Part shown: positions 11,860 to 22,622 of the stretch, one piece after another | Numbering within the stretch: position 1 is the first letter of the stretch | Layout: every line of letters begins with the position of its first letter | Assembly: GCA_038087875.1 (NCBI GenBank) | Contig: JAXLNO010005625.1 | Span: 744,001 to 806,988 of the forward strand | Direction of reading: 5' to 3' | DNA length: 62,988 bases | Source of the DNA: Malacoraja senta | Taxonomy: Eukaryota | Notes under the pieces: generated by a model | The model's database searches: none | Told to the model about the DNA's origin: nothing | What the model saw: the letters and a program-made list of their open reading frames with translations, nothing else | Translations under genes and position numbers: made by a program

Positions 11860-13974
11860 ATGATGATGCGACCACCAATGCTGAGCAGAGCGGTGCGAAG
11901 GCAGTATCCCTACAGGCGGAATGCTGGTGCTGGAGAAGGAACAAGCCGATCATTCTCGTATACACGTTGGCGTGCTGCACCGGGGATGCGTGGAGGTTAC
12001 AATGTGCCTACCAGAAGAGCACAACAATGGCCGGAGGCAAACCCCGAGGTAGGGGGTCCTGGTCTGGAAAGGAATATAAATGTTTCACATTCACAAATAG
12101 GGGGAAGGTTAAGATTCTTCCTAAAAGAATGGCAGTTAATAACAAATGATGCATTTATTCTAAACAGCATTGTAGGATTCAAAATTGAGTTCTATTCACA
12201 CTTGGATCCTCCAAGGCAGAAAAATTCAAGCTGGTCACGGATTTTCTCAAAAGAAGAGAATACGTTGATCAAAGGAGAATTAGAAATTTTGACCAAAAAA
12301 GGGGTAATAGAAAAGTCAGTAGAACAACACCATCAATTTGTATCAAATATTTTTCCTAGAACAAAAAAGGATGGTGGATGTAGAATCATTTTGGATCTGA
12401 CAAATCTAAACCTTTATGTACAATACAAACATTTCAAAATGGAAACATTTACTAATGCCATTCAGCTGATTATTAAAAATTATTACATGGCAAGCATAGA
12501 TTTGAAAGATGCATATTACTCTGTGGCAATGCATGGTGATGATCAAAGGTATTTGAAATTTAGATGGATGGGTCAGTTGTGGCAATTTAAAGCATTGCCC
12601 AATGGTCTGTCTTCAGCACCAAGATTATTCACTAAATTACTCAAACCAATTTTAGCTCTTCTAAGAGCTGAGGGCCATGTACTAATGGCTTATTTGGATG
12701 ATATTTTGATTGTAGGGGACACTTTGGCTGCTGCAAAATTATCAGTATCCAGGGTTAAGTTCATTTTTGAGAAAATGGGTTTCATTATTCACCTACAAAA
12801 ATCAAAATTGTTACCAAGCAAGAAGATTGATTACCTAGGGTTCACAATCAACTCAGAACACATGGTAATCACTTTGCCAAAAGAGAAAAGGCTGCAGCTA
12901 ATTGAAGGTTGCATCAAACTCATAAATGAGGACACACCCTCAATTAGAGAAGTGGCAAGCTTGCTGGGCAAATTGATTGCTGCGTTTCCAGCTGTAACAT
13001 TTGGACCATTGCATTATCAATGTTTACAGAGGGCTAAGGTACAAGCTTTAAAAATAAATACAGGGCATTTTGACCGGCCCATGAAATTAACAACTGAATC
13101 CATTACTGAAATAGAATGGTGGATTAACAAAGTTTCAGATGCTTCAAAAAAGGTTCTGGTAGAAATACCATCCGTCACTCTACAGACTGATGCAAGTGCT
13201 CTTGGTTGGGGTGCTACTAACATGATTTCCAGCTGTGGAGGTAGGTGGAATGTGAATGAAATACCTTTGCTGGAAAAACAGGGAATCAATTACCTAGAGC
13301 TATTAGGATCATTTCATGGTCTTAAAGCTTATTGTACTAATATGAGAAGTGTGCATGTCCAGGTACAGGTTGACAATACTACAGCTGTAGCATACATAAA
13401 TCACATGGGGGGTATAAAATCAGAATCATGTGATAGATTGGCAAATGAAGTTTGGACCTGGTGTATTGCAAGGAAAATTTGGCTGTCAGCAATATATTTA
13501 CCAGGAAAATTTAACACAATTGCGGACAAAAGATCACGTAAATTTAATGATAATATAGAATGGATGTTAAATCGGGAAATATTTACAAAAATTATAACAC
13601 AATTTGGAATGCCAGATATTGATTTATTTGCATCAAGACTAAACCACCAATTGCCTAAGTATGTTTCATGGGAACCTGATCCTGGTGCAGTAGCGGTAGA
13701 TGCTTTCTCGCTAAACTGGGGTGGTATGTTTCTGTATGTTTTTCCACCATTTTGTTTAATCCACAAATGCATACAGAAAATTAAATAAGATTCAGCCTCA
13801 GGGATTTTGGTAGTACCAGATTGGCCTACACAGGTATGGTACCCATTGGTGTTAAAAATGATCAAAAAAACCCTTATGGTTATTCCAAAGCAGATTAAAC
13901 TGCTTGTGAACCCTGTGACTAATGAGTCACATCCTTTACATAATCGTATTGGTTTGTTGATTTGCAGATTCTAA
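11860..13974 (+). pseudogene. DIRS RT / RNase H / adenine-methyltransferase-like ORF with a premature TAA (13786-13788)
   Basis: GGRL..F..EW; DLKDAYY; LPNGLSSAP; YLDD; RNaseH TDAS..GWG, ELL, DNTTAVAYIN; DLFAS...FPPF. Past the TAA the frame continues with DSASGILVVPDWPTQVWYP to a TAA at 13972-13974. Confidence 0.92.
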
Positions 13975-14957
13975 GAAGGCCATATCTTGGAAAAGGATTA
14001 TCAGACCGTACGGTGGATGTTATGACAGCAGCCTGGAGGAATAGTACCCAGAAGCAGTACATTTCCTATATAAAGAAATGGGAGGAGTTTTGTTCAGTAA
14101 AGAATATTGCATATTACACAGTAGACATTTCAGATGTAATAGAGTTTCTTTCAACTCTACACTATGAATTGAAATTAAGTTATAGTGCAATTAATACTGC
14201 ACGAAGTGCACTCTCTGCGTATTTAAGCAGTGAATTAGAACAAACTCCAATTGGATCACATCCTTGGGTCTGTAGGTTTATGAAAGGAATTTTCAACTCT
14301 AATCCTCCCAGACCCAGGTATACAGAAATTTGGAATGTAAAAGATGTACTGATGTTCCTAAGGAGTTGGAATCCAATTGAAACCCTGTCATTATCCAAAA
14401 TTACCATGAAATTGGTTATGCTCATGGCATTAGTTTCAGCGCAGAGAGTTCAAACATTACAGAAACTCAGAATTGATAGAATAAAAATAGGGCAAAATGC
14501 CGTGACATTCTATATCTATGATTTACTGAAGCAAAGTAGACCTGGGTCCACAGGATGCAAGGTGGAATTTTTAGCATATCCTACAGATTCACGACTGTGT
14601 GTAGTAACATATGTGAAATGTTACATAGAAACAACAAAAGTTTTAAGAGGCGCCGAATTGGCATTGTTTATTAGTCATAAAAAGCCTCATAAGAAAGTAT
14701 CGACACAAACAATCTCACGATGGTTGAAACAGGTTTTGAGATATTCAGGTATTGATACTGATAAATTTAAATCTCATTCCACCAGCGCAGCATCAACATC
14801 AGCGGCCAGGGATTCAGACGTGCCAATAGACCTTATTCTCGCGGCCGCAGGATGGGCAAGTGAACAGATGTTTCACAAGTATTACCACAAGGAGATTAAA
14901 GATCTCAGAGGGTTTGGTGATGCCGTGCTGGATACAGTATTAAATCCCCCATTATAA
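13962..14957 (+). CDS. DIRS tyrosine recombinase (open frame; H-x-x-R altered to HSTS)
   Basis: SAQR, KQSRPG, LFIS, ISRWLK, HSTSAA, AAGW, FHKYY. The first in-frame ATG is at 14022 and the real start is uncertain. Confidence 0.9.
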   Translation: MQILRRPYLGKGLSDRTVDVMTAAWRNSTQKQYISYIKKWEEFCSVKNIAYYTVDISDVIEFLSTLHYELKLSYSAINTARSALSAYLSSELEQTPIGSHPWVCRFMKGIFNSNPPRPRYTEIWNVKDVLMFLRSWNPIETLSLSKITMKLVMLMALVSAQRVQTLQKLRIDRIKIGQNAVTFYIYDLLKQSRPGSTGCKVEFLAYPTDSRLCVVTYVKCYIETTKVLRGAELALFISHKKPHKKVSTQTISRWLKQVLRYSGIDTDKFKSHSTSAASTSAARDSDVPIDLILAAAGWASEQMFHKYYHKEIKDLRGFGDAVLDTVLNPPL

Positions 14958-15116
14958 ATGGGCCTAATTTTGTTACTTTTATAAAATAAAACCATTAACT
15001 GATTACATTCAAATGTTGTGGTTATGCATTGTTGCTTGTGCTTACTCAAATAGAGTCAATCGATGCAGTGAACACCTGGATTTGAATCCACGGTGTGAAA
15101 TCACAGAGCTTTGAAA

Positions 15117-15230
15117 TCTTCACGTAGTCACTCACGTGACTCCGAAGTAAAATAGTAAGATTAAACGAGAACTTACCAAGTTTGAAGTTTGATCTTTATT
15201 TTATGTGGAGTAACGTTGAGGGATTACGTG
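15117..15230 (+). repeat. DIRS internal complementary region (lICR plus rICR)
   Basis: Reverse complement reads right end + left end (..CTTACTATTTTACTTCGG..); rICR 15150-15230 matches 15378-15457 with 1 mismatch. Confidence 0.95.
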
Positions 15231-15346
15231 CCCTCCGCTCCCACCCTCATAAAAAGATCAAGCTGGTAGTTCTAAGTCTTTATGCATCTTACTATCATAC
15301 TTCAGTAATTATCGTCTGTGATTGTCACTCCGCTGCTTTGAAAGAT

Positions 15347-15457
15347 TGACGCGTGTGCGGCTGGACGGGGCTTCTTCACGTAATCCCTCAACGTTACTCC
15401 TCATAAAATAAAGATCAAACTTCAAACTTGGTAAGTTCTCGTTTAATCTTACTATTT
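15347..15457 (+). repeat. DIRS right terminus (ITR plus right extension)
   Basis: Complementary to the left ITR and to the rICR. Confidence 0.92.
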
Positions 15458-16455
15458 TATTGCATTTATTCGGCCTATTAAAGACATCGGGAGCGTTTTC
15501 CAGAATTTAATTAGTGTGTTTAATTTATTAAGTAGGGGATCAAAATTTGCCTTAAACATACCTTGATATGTTCTAGTAATTTCGATTCCCAAGTATTTAA
15601 ATTTTTCTGTAGCTATTTTAAAAGGGAATTTTAAAAGATGTGTCGAATCTTTCGGTTTTATTGACATAATTTCACTTTTATTCCAATTTATTCTATATCC
15701 AGAAAAAGATCCAAAGTCTTCAATTAAATTTAATATCTTTGGTATAGTGATTTGAGGTTTTGTAATGTACAGTAATATATCATCCGCGTATAAAGATATT
15801 TTATTATATGAATCTTTAGTATTATATCCATGGATATCAGGGTGTATTCTAATTTTTTCTGCTAGCGGTTCAATAATGAGAGCAAATAGCTGTGGTGATA
15901 ATGAGCATCCTTGTCTATTTCCCCTTGATAGTTGGAATTTCGAGGATAATATGTTAATAGTTAATATTCTAGCTGTAGGTTTATTATATAGTAATTTGAT
16001 CCATAGAATAAAATTCTCTCCCAGTTGGAATTTTTGTAATACTTTATCCATATAATTCCATTCTACTTGATCAAATGCTTTTTCAGCATCCAGCAAAATA
16101 ATTGATAATTCTTGATCTTCAGATTTGTGTGAATGCATTATGTTGAGTAAACGTCTCATATTGTTAGATGAGTATCTCTTAGGGATAAACCCTGTCTGAT
16201 CTGGGTTTATTAATTTACTAATGTATTTACTTCATCTTCTAGCTAATGTTTTCGCTAATATTTTTTGATCTGTGTTTAACAATGCTATAGCTCTATATGA
16301 ACCCTGTTCTTCTAAATCTTTGTCTTTCTTAAGTATTAGTGTAATCGTTGATTCCGCTAATGTATCAGGTAGTATTTGTTTTTTAAAAGCATATTGGTAC
16401 ATTTTTTGTAATCTTGTTATTATTTTATCATAAAAGCTTTTATAAAATTCATTAG
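15455..16455 (-). mobile_element. L1-clade LINE RT region (upstream half, 5'-truncated)
   Basis: PGPDGF, LDAEKAFD, RGNRQGCSLSP, LYADD, FKYLGI, LIGRINAIK; continues into 10329 once the DIRS is removed. Confidence 0.92.
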
Positions 16456-16823
16456 TAAATCCATCAGGACCTGGTGTTATCCATTCTTTAGTGAGTTTAT
16501 TGTATCTTCTAATTCCTTAATTAGAAGTTGCTGGCCATAAAGTTGCTGCCTAAAATTGCCAGACCCGGAATTGATCCTGAATATGGGTGCTGTCTGTATG
16601 GAGTTTGCTCCTTTTCCCTTTGATCTCTGGGTGCTCTTATTTCCTTCCATATTCCAAAGGTGTGCAGTAACCTTTTTCAGACCGAATCCAAAACGTAATA
16701 TTTTCCTTTTGTCCAGAGATTCTGTCTGACCTGTTGAGTTACTCCAGCTTTTTGTGTCTATTTTCAGTTTGAACCAGCATCTGCAGTTCTTTCCTACACA
16801 CACAATACTATACGATAGAACTT

Positions 16824-16996
16824 NNNNNNNNNNNNNNNNNNNNNNNNNNNNNNNNNNNNNNNNNNNNNNNNNNNNNNNNNNNNNNNNNNNNNNNNNNNNN
16901 NNNNNNNNNNNNNNNNNNNNNNNNNNNNNNNNNNNNNNNNNNNNNNNNNNNNNNNNNNNNNNNNNNNNNNNNNNNNNNNNNNNNNNNNNNNNNNNN
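16824..16996. other. Assembly gap (173 N)
   Basis: N run. Confidence 1.
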
Positions 16997-17414
16997 AATA
17001 TACACCGTTTTGTTTTCTCGTTGATAACATTGTTTACAGAGTACTATGTTTACATATTCTGTTGTGCTGTTGCAAGTAAGGATTTCATTGGGACATAAGA
17101 GAATAAAACACTCTTGACTCTTGACTTACGTCGCTAATGTGTGGGATAGAACTGGTGTGCGGGTGATCAGTGATCGGCGTCGACTCGGTGGGCCGAAGGG
17201 CCTGTTTACATGCTATATCTTTAAATTAAACTAAAACACCATAACCAGAGGAAATCTAAAGAAGGGTCTCTACCCGAAACATCACCCAATTTCTTCTATC
17301 CAGACATGCTGGGTTCTCCATGGAGTTCCGCCGCACAATTAAAGCATGGAATAGTCGTCACACTACTGTAGGTACCCAACCAGAAGCAACTAAATTTAAG
17401 GTACCTCTTATTTT
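16997..17414 (+). repeat. 418-bp segment duplicated at 19038-19455
   Basis: Same sequence at offset 2041; made of a LINE tail, a SINE 3' end and a PLE terminal fragment. Confidence 0.92.
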
Positions 17415-18445
17415 CCCCAAGAACCCTTTCTTGTTTAAGTCCAAGTCAAGAGTCAAGAGAGTTTTATTGTCATGTCACCCAGATAATTAATTAATGTGCA
17501 GCTTTTGGCAATGACGAGTTATGACTTCCTTCTCACTTATATTTCTTCTAAATCTGTGGAAAATTTCATGTAGTTTGGTGAGGGGTCACGAAACCTGGAT
17601 TCTAGACACATTTGATGCTCGGCCCACAACCTACTCCTCGTCCACCGGACCCGAGATAAATACGTTTATAAATAAATCATCAGCGGATTGAGCGGGATCG
17701 GGTCAACATGGGGGAGAAGTGAGTGAGGTCAATAAAAGTGGGGTAAATAATATAAACTCACCGTCTGGAGCAGCGTCCTGAGATAAAACACGTTATAAAC
17801 AAACAACTCCCTCTCTCTAACTCCCAACCCCCCCTCTCTGTAAATAATCAATAAATCACCAAATAAACTACATTTCTGGGGGAATAAACCCGGTGAAACT
17901 GGGGTAAATAATGTTATAAACCCACAGGGGAGCAAAATAAACCCGGTCTGGGGTTAAACTGAGGGGAATAATGTTGACCCCAGTTTTATTCCCCCAGACG
18001 TGTAGTTTATGTGGAGATTCATTGACCTCAGCTCTCTCTCCCCCAGATTTACCGGGTTTATTTATTTCGCTCATTTCACTGCTGATTTATTTATTTATAA
18101 CGTTATTGACCCGAGTGAATAAGAGGGGAGGATGGTTTATTTATTTATAATGAGTTTGACCCCAGTTTTTCACACACACACACACACACACACACGTGTA
18201 CTGTAGTTGATGTGGTGATTGACCTCACTCACTTCTCCCCCATGTTGACCACACACACACACACGTGTACTGTACTGTACTGTATGTGGTCAATGACCCC
18301 ACTCACCCATTTCTCCCCCATGTTGACCCCACACACGTGTACTGTACTGTACTGTATGTGGTCATTGACCCCACTCACCCATTTCTCCACCATGTTGACC
18401 CGATCCCGCTCAATCCGCTGATGATTTATTTATAACATTATTTAC

Positions 18446-18660
18446 CTCAGTCCGTCGGCAGCGACGTCACCAACTGCCGCTTCTCCGCCGCCATTTTCAT
18501 GCGGTCGATGGGGAGATTCGGCCTGGGGCGGGCGGGCGGCCATCTTGGTGAGTGCAGATGAGGTCGGCACCGCTGATTGGTCGGATGCCCGCGGCCATCT
18601 TTGTGAGGGGTTGATAGCGGCCATCTTGTTAGGGTCCCGCCGTTCATAATGCCATCTTGA
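18446..18660 (-). promoter_or_regulatory. CpG/YY1-motif-rich leader-exon-like module (paralog of 46087-46290)
   Basis: Repeated AA(G/A)ATGGC(G/C)GC motifs; donor-like GAG|GTAAAT at 18446/18445; near-identical to 46087-46146 except for small indels. Confidence 0.5.
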
Positions 18661-18807
18661 GAAGGTACCAAAGGCCCACACACTTGTGGTCCATTCTCCC
18701 CTCTAAACCTGTCTTGTCCACTCACCTGTCCAAGGGTCTTAGTTTACAACCCTTCGCCCACCAGTGCCCATTTGGCTTACTTTGGCTGGGAAAGCACATC
18801 TCGGACC

Positions 18808-20155
18808 CGCAAACACTCAGCATAGGAGCACCGCAAGGCTGTGTACTCTCTCCTCTCCTCTACTGTCTCTCTACACCAACGAATGCACCTCCACAGACAC
18901 CTCTGTCAAGCTTCTCAAGTTTGCTGATGACACAACCGTGATTGGACTGATCCAGGATGGGAAGGAATCTGCCTACAGACAGGAAGTGTCACAGCTGGCG
19001 TCCTGGTGCCATCGCAACAACCTAGAGCTCAATGCTCAATATACACCGTTTTGTTTTCTCGTTGATAACATTGTTTACAGAGTACTATGTTTACATATTC
19101 TGTTGTGCTGTTGCAAGTAAGGATTTCATTGGGACATAAGAGAATAAAACACTCTTGACTCTTGACTTACGTCGCTAATGTGTGGGATAGAACTGGTGTG
19201 CGGGTGATCAGTGATCGGCGTCGACTCGGTGGGCCGAAGGGCCTGTTTACATGCTATATCTTTAAATTAAACTAAAACACCATAACCAGAGGAAATCTAA
19301 AGAAGGGTCTCTACCCGAAACATCACCCAATTTCTTCTATCCAGACATGCTGGGTTCTCCATGGAGTTCCGCCGCACAATTAAAGCATGGAATAGTCGTC
19401 ACACTACTGTAGGTACCCAACCAGAAGCAACTAAATTTAAGGTACCTCTTATTTTAAGACAGTGGAATTGATTGTAGACTTTAGGAGAGCTCCCCCTCAC
19501 CCCAGTCACCATCAACAACACCACAGTCACATCTGTGGAGTCCTTATGTGCGGGGGCTACCATCGACTCCACAGTGAAAAAGGCACAACAGAGGATGTAC
19601 TTCCTGCTGCAGCTGAGGAAGCACAATCTGCCACAGGCAATGATGGTCCAAATTTATACGGTCATCGTAGAGTCTGTTCTCACCTTCTCCATCATGGTCT
19701 GGTTTGGCTCAGCCACCAAGCACGACACCTGGAGGCTGCAGCGAATCGTCCGATCAGCAGAGAAGGTTATTGGTTGCAACCTTCCCTCCATTGATGAACT
19801 GTACACTGCAAGGGCCAGGAAGCGAGCGGGTAAGATCATCTCTGACCCCTCTCACCCTGGCCACAAACTCTTTGAATCACTTCCCTCTGGAAGACGACTC
19901 CAGACTGTCAAAGCAGTTTTATCCACGAGTAGTAGCTCTACTCAACAGCCAAAAATCTGTAGCCTCCCTTTGATCTGGTATTTTGTTGGTTCACATGCTT
20001 GATCAATGGTGTTTTATCATTAATGCTTTATTATTATTAATGTTTAGTGTTTTCTGAGTCATTCGTAACTGTCACTGTATGTCATGTTGTTACTTGTGGG
20101 TGGAGCACCAAGGCAAATTCCTTGTATGTGAATACTTTGCCAATAAACTTACTTA
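18808..20155 (+). mobile_element. Rex1/Babar-type LINE 3' fragment, interrupted by the 418-bp duplicate
   Basis: PQGCVLSPLLY, KFADDTTVIGLI, WC..NNLELNA|LKTVELIVDFRR, KKAQQRMYFL; tail ..CCAATAAACTTACTTAC. Confidence 0.82.
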
Positions 20156-21079
20156 CGTATTGGAACATGCAAAAGAGGAGCAGGAGTGGATTATTTGGCA
20201 CTTTGAGCCCTTTCCGTCATTCAACACAACCTTCTCTGTCAACCCATATTACAATTCTCTCCCTATAATCATTGATGCCATTTGTGTAAAAAAAAAACTA
20301 TCTCCTACTTAACTGGATTCAGTTACTTGTCATCTACCATTTTTTCCAACGTGGGGTGAATTTTAAAGGATCACTATATTCAGAATGAAGACATTTTTCT
20401 ACCTCAGCCCTTCAGGTCTTAAGTCTGCGACACCTTGTTCTAGATCCCATAGTCGCTGAAAAAAATGCTTACATATGGAGTTTGTCTCACTCTGCCTGAA
20501 TTTTGTTTGATTTAGTGAGGTCCCGTTCATGTCTTCCAAACTCCAGTGACTACTGGCCCAGTGGCTCCTCCTCTCCTCACACCTTAGCCCTGCCATTCCA
20601 AGAATCTGACTGGTCAGCTTTGGCTGAATTCCTTCTGTGGCAGGAAAAGCCTTTCTCGGGTAAGGAGAACAAAACAGCACACTGGTCTCAGGAATATCCT
20701 GTAATATGGCAACAAGACATCTTGTTACTGTGCTCAAAAACTCCAGAAGAGACCAACAAATATCACTTGCCTACTTACTGCTTACTCACATGTCTGCATT
20801 CAGTGATTAGTGCACAAAGACGCAGATATCTTTATCAATATTTCTGAATCAATCACAATTCCTATAGTTCTCAGTCTTTCTGCTTTTTCATCAAAACATC
20901 AAGTTTATCCACAATATTATGGATAGGAAATGTATGGAGGGACATGGGTTAGGTGCAGGCAGTTGGGACTGGCTCAGATAGACAACTTGGTCAGCATGTA
21001 TGCATTGGGCCAATGGGCCTATTTCCATGCTATACAGCTCTATGACTCTATGCTGCATCTGTGTGTATATTTGGACACT

Positions 21080-22622
21080 AGCTCAACTGACTGGGAGGAG
21101 CTGGCCAAAGTTGACTGGAAAGATACACTAGCAGGGATGACAGTGGAACAAAAATGGCAGGTATTTCTAGGAATAATACAGAACGTGCAGGATCAGTTCA
21201 TTCCTAGGAGGACGAAAGATTCCCAAGGGGAGAAAGGGGCGACCGTGGGTGACAAGGGACGTCAGGGACAGTATAAAAATTAAAGCGAAGAAATACAAAG
21301 TAGCAAAGATGAGTGGAAAGCAAGAGGATTGGGTAATGTTTAAAGAACAACGGAAGATAACTAAAAAGACAATACAGGGAGAAAAGATGAGGTACGAGGG
21401 TAAGCCAGCCAAGAATATAAAGCAGGATAGTAAATGCTTCTTTCGGTATGTGAAGAGGATAAAATTAGTTAAGACCAAAGTTGGACCCTTGAAGACCGAA
21501 AAAGGTGAATTTATTATAGGGAACAAGGAAATGGCAGAGGAGTTGAACAGGTACTTTGGATCTGTCTTCACTAAGGAGGACACAAACAATCTTCCTGATA
21601 TAGTAGTGGCCAGAGGATCTGGGGTGAAGGAGGAACTGAAGGAAATCCACATTAGGCAGGAAATGGTGTTGGATAGACTGGTGGGACTGAAGGCTGATAA
21701 ATCCCCCAGGGCCTGATGGTCTGCACCCCAGGGTACTTAAGGAGTGGCTCTAGAAATCGTGGATGCACTGGTGGTAATATTCCAATGTTCTATAGACTCA
21801 GAATCAGTTCCTGTCGATTGGAGGGTAGGTAATGTTATCCCACTTTTTAAGAAAGATGGGAGAGAGAAAACAGGGAATTGTAGACCAGTTAGCCTGACAT
21901 CAGTGGTGGGAAATATGCTGGTCAATTATGAAAGATGAAATAGTGGCACATTTGGATAGCAGTAACAGGATCGGTCCGAGTCGGCTTGGATTTACGAAGG
22001 GGAAATCATGCTTGACTAATCTTCTGGAATTTTTTGAGGATGTAACTTAGAAAATGGACAATGGACAGCCAGTGGATGTAATGTACCTGGACTTTCAGAA
22101 ATCATTTAATATGGTCCCACATAGGAGATTAGTGGGCAAAATTAGGGCACATGGTATTGGGGGTAGAGTGCTGACATGGATAGAAATTGGTTGGCAGACA
22201 GGAAACAAAGAGTAAGGATTAACGGTGACTAGTGGTGTACCGCAAGGCTCGGTGCTGGGACTGCAGCTATTTCCAATATACATCAATGATTTGGATGAAG
22301 GAATTCAAAGTAACATTAGCAAATTTGCAGATGACACAAAGCTGGGTGGCAGTATGAACTGTGAGGATGATGCTATGAGAATGCAAGGTGACTTGGACAG
22401 GTTGGGGGAGTGGGCAGATGCATGGCAGATGAAGTTTAATGCAGATAAATGTGAGGTAATCCACTTTGGTATCAAAAACAGGAAGGCAGATTACCATCTA
22501 AATGGTGTCAAGTTGGGAAAAGGGGAAGTACAAAGGGATCTGGGGTTCCTTGTTCCTCAGTCTATGAAAGTAAGCATGCAGGTACAGCAGGCAGTGAAGA
22601 AAGCGAATGGCATGTTGGCCTT
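21080..22622 (+). mobile_element. CR1 LINE ORF2 fragment, degraded
   Basis: [51 protein letters not shown]. Confidence 0.92.

Larger units (their letters stand above)
10330..15457 (+). mobile_element. Full-length DIRS1-type tyrosine-recombinase retrotransposon (5128 bp)
   Basis: gag, RT/RH/MT and YR ORFs; inverted terminal repeats; an ICR complementary to both ends; TTT at both junctions; removing the element plus one TTT restores the L1 reading frame. Confidence 0.96.

Noticed and set aside
13962-14957. Phage integrase plus Dam methylase as prophage or bacterial contamination
   Set aside because: Both domains lie within a DIRS with RT/RNaseH, ITRs and ICR, nested in a vertebrate L1.
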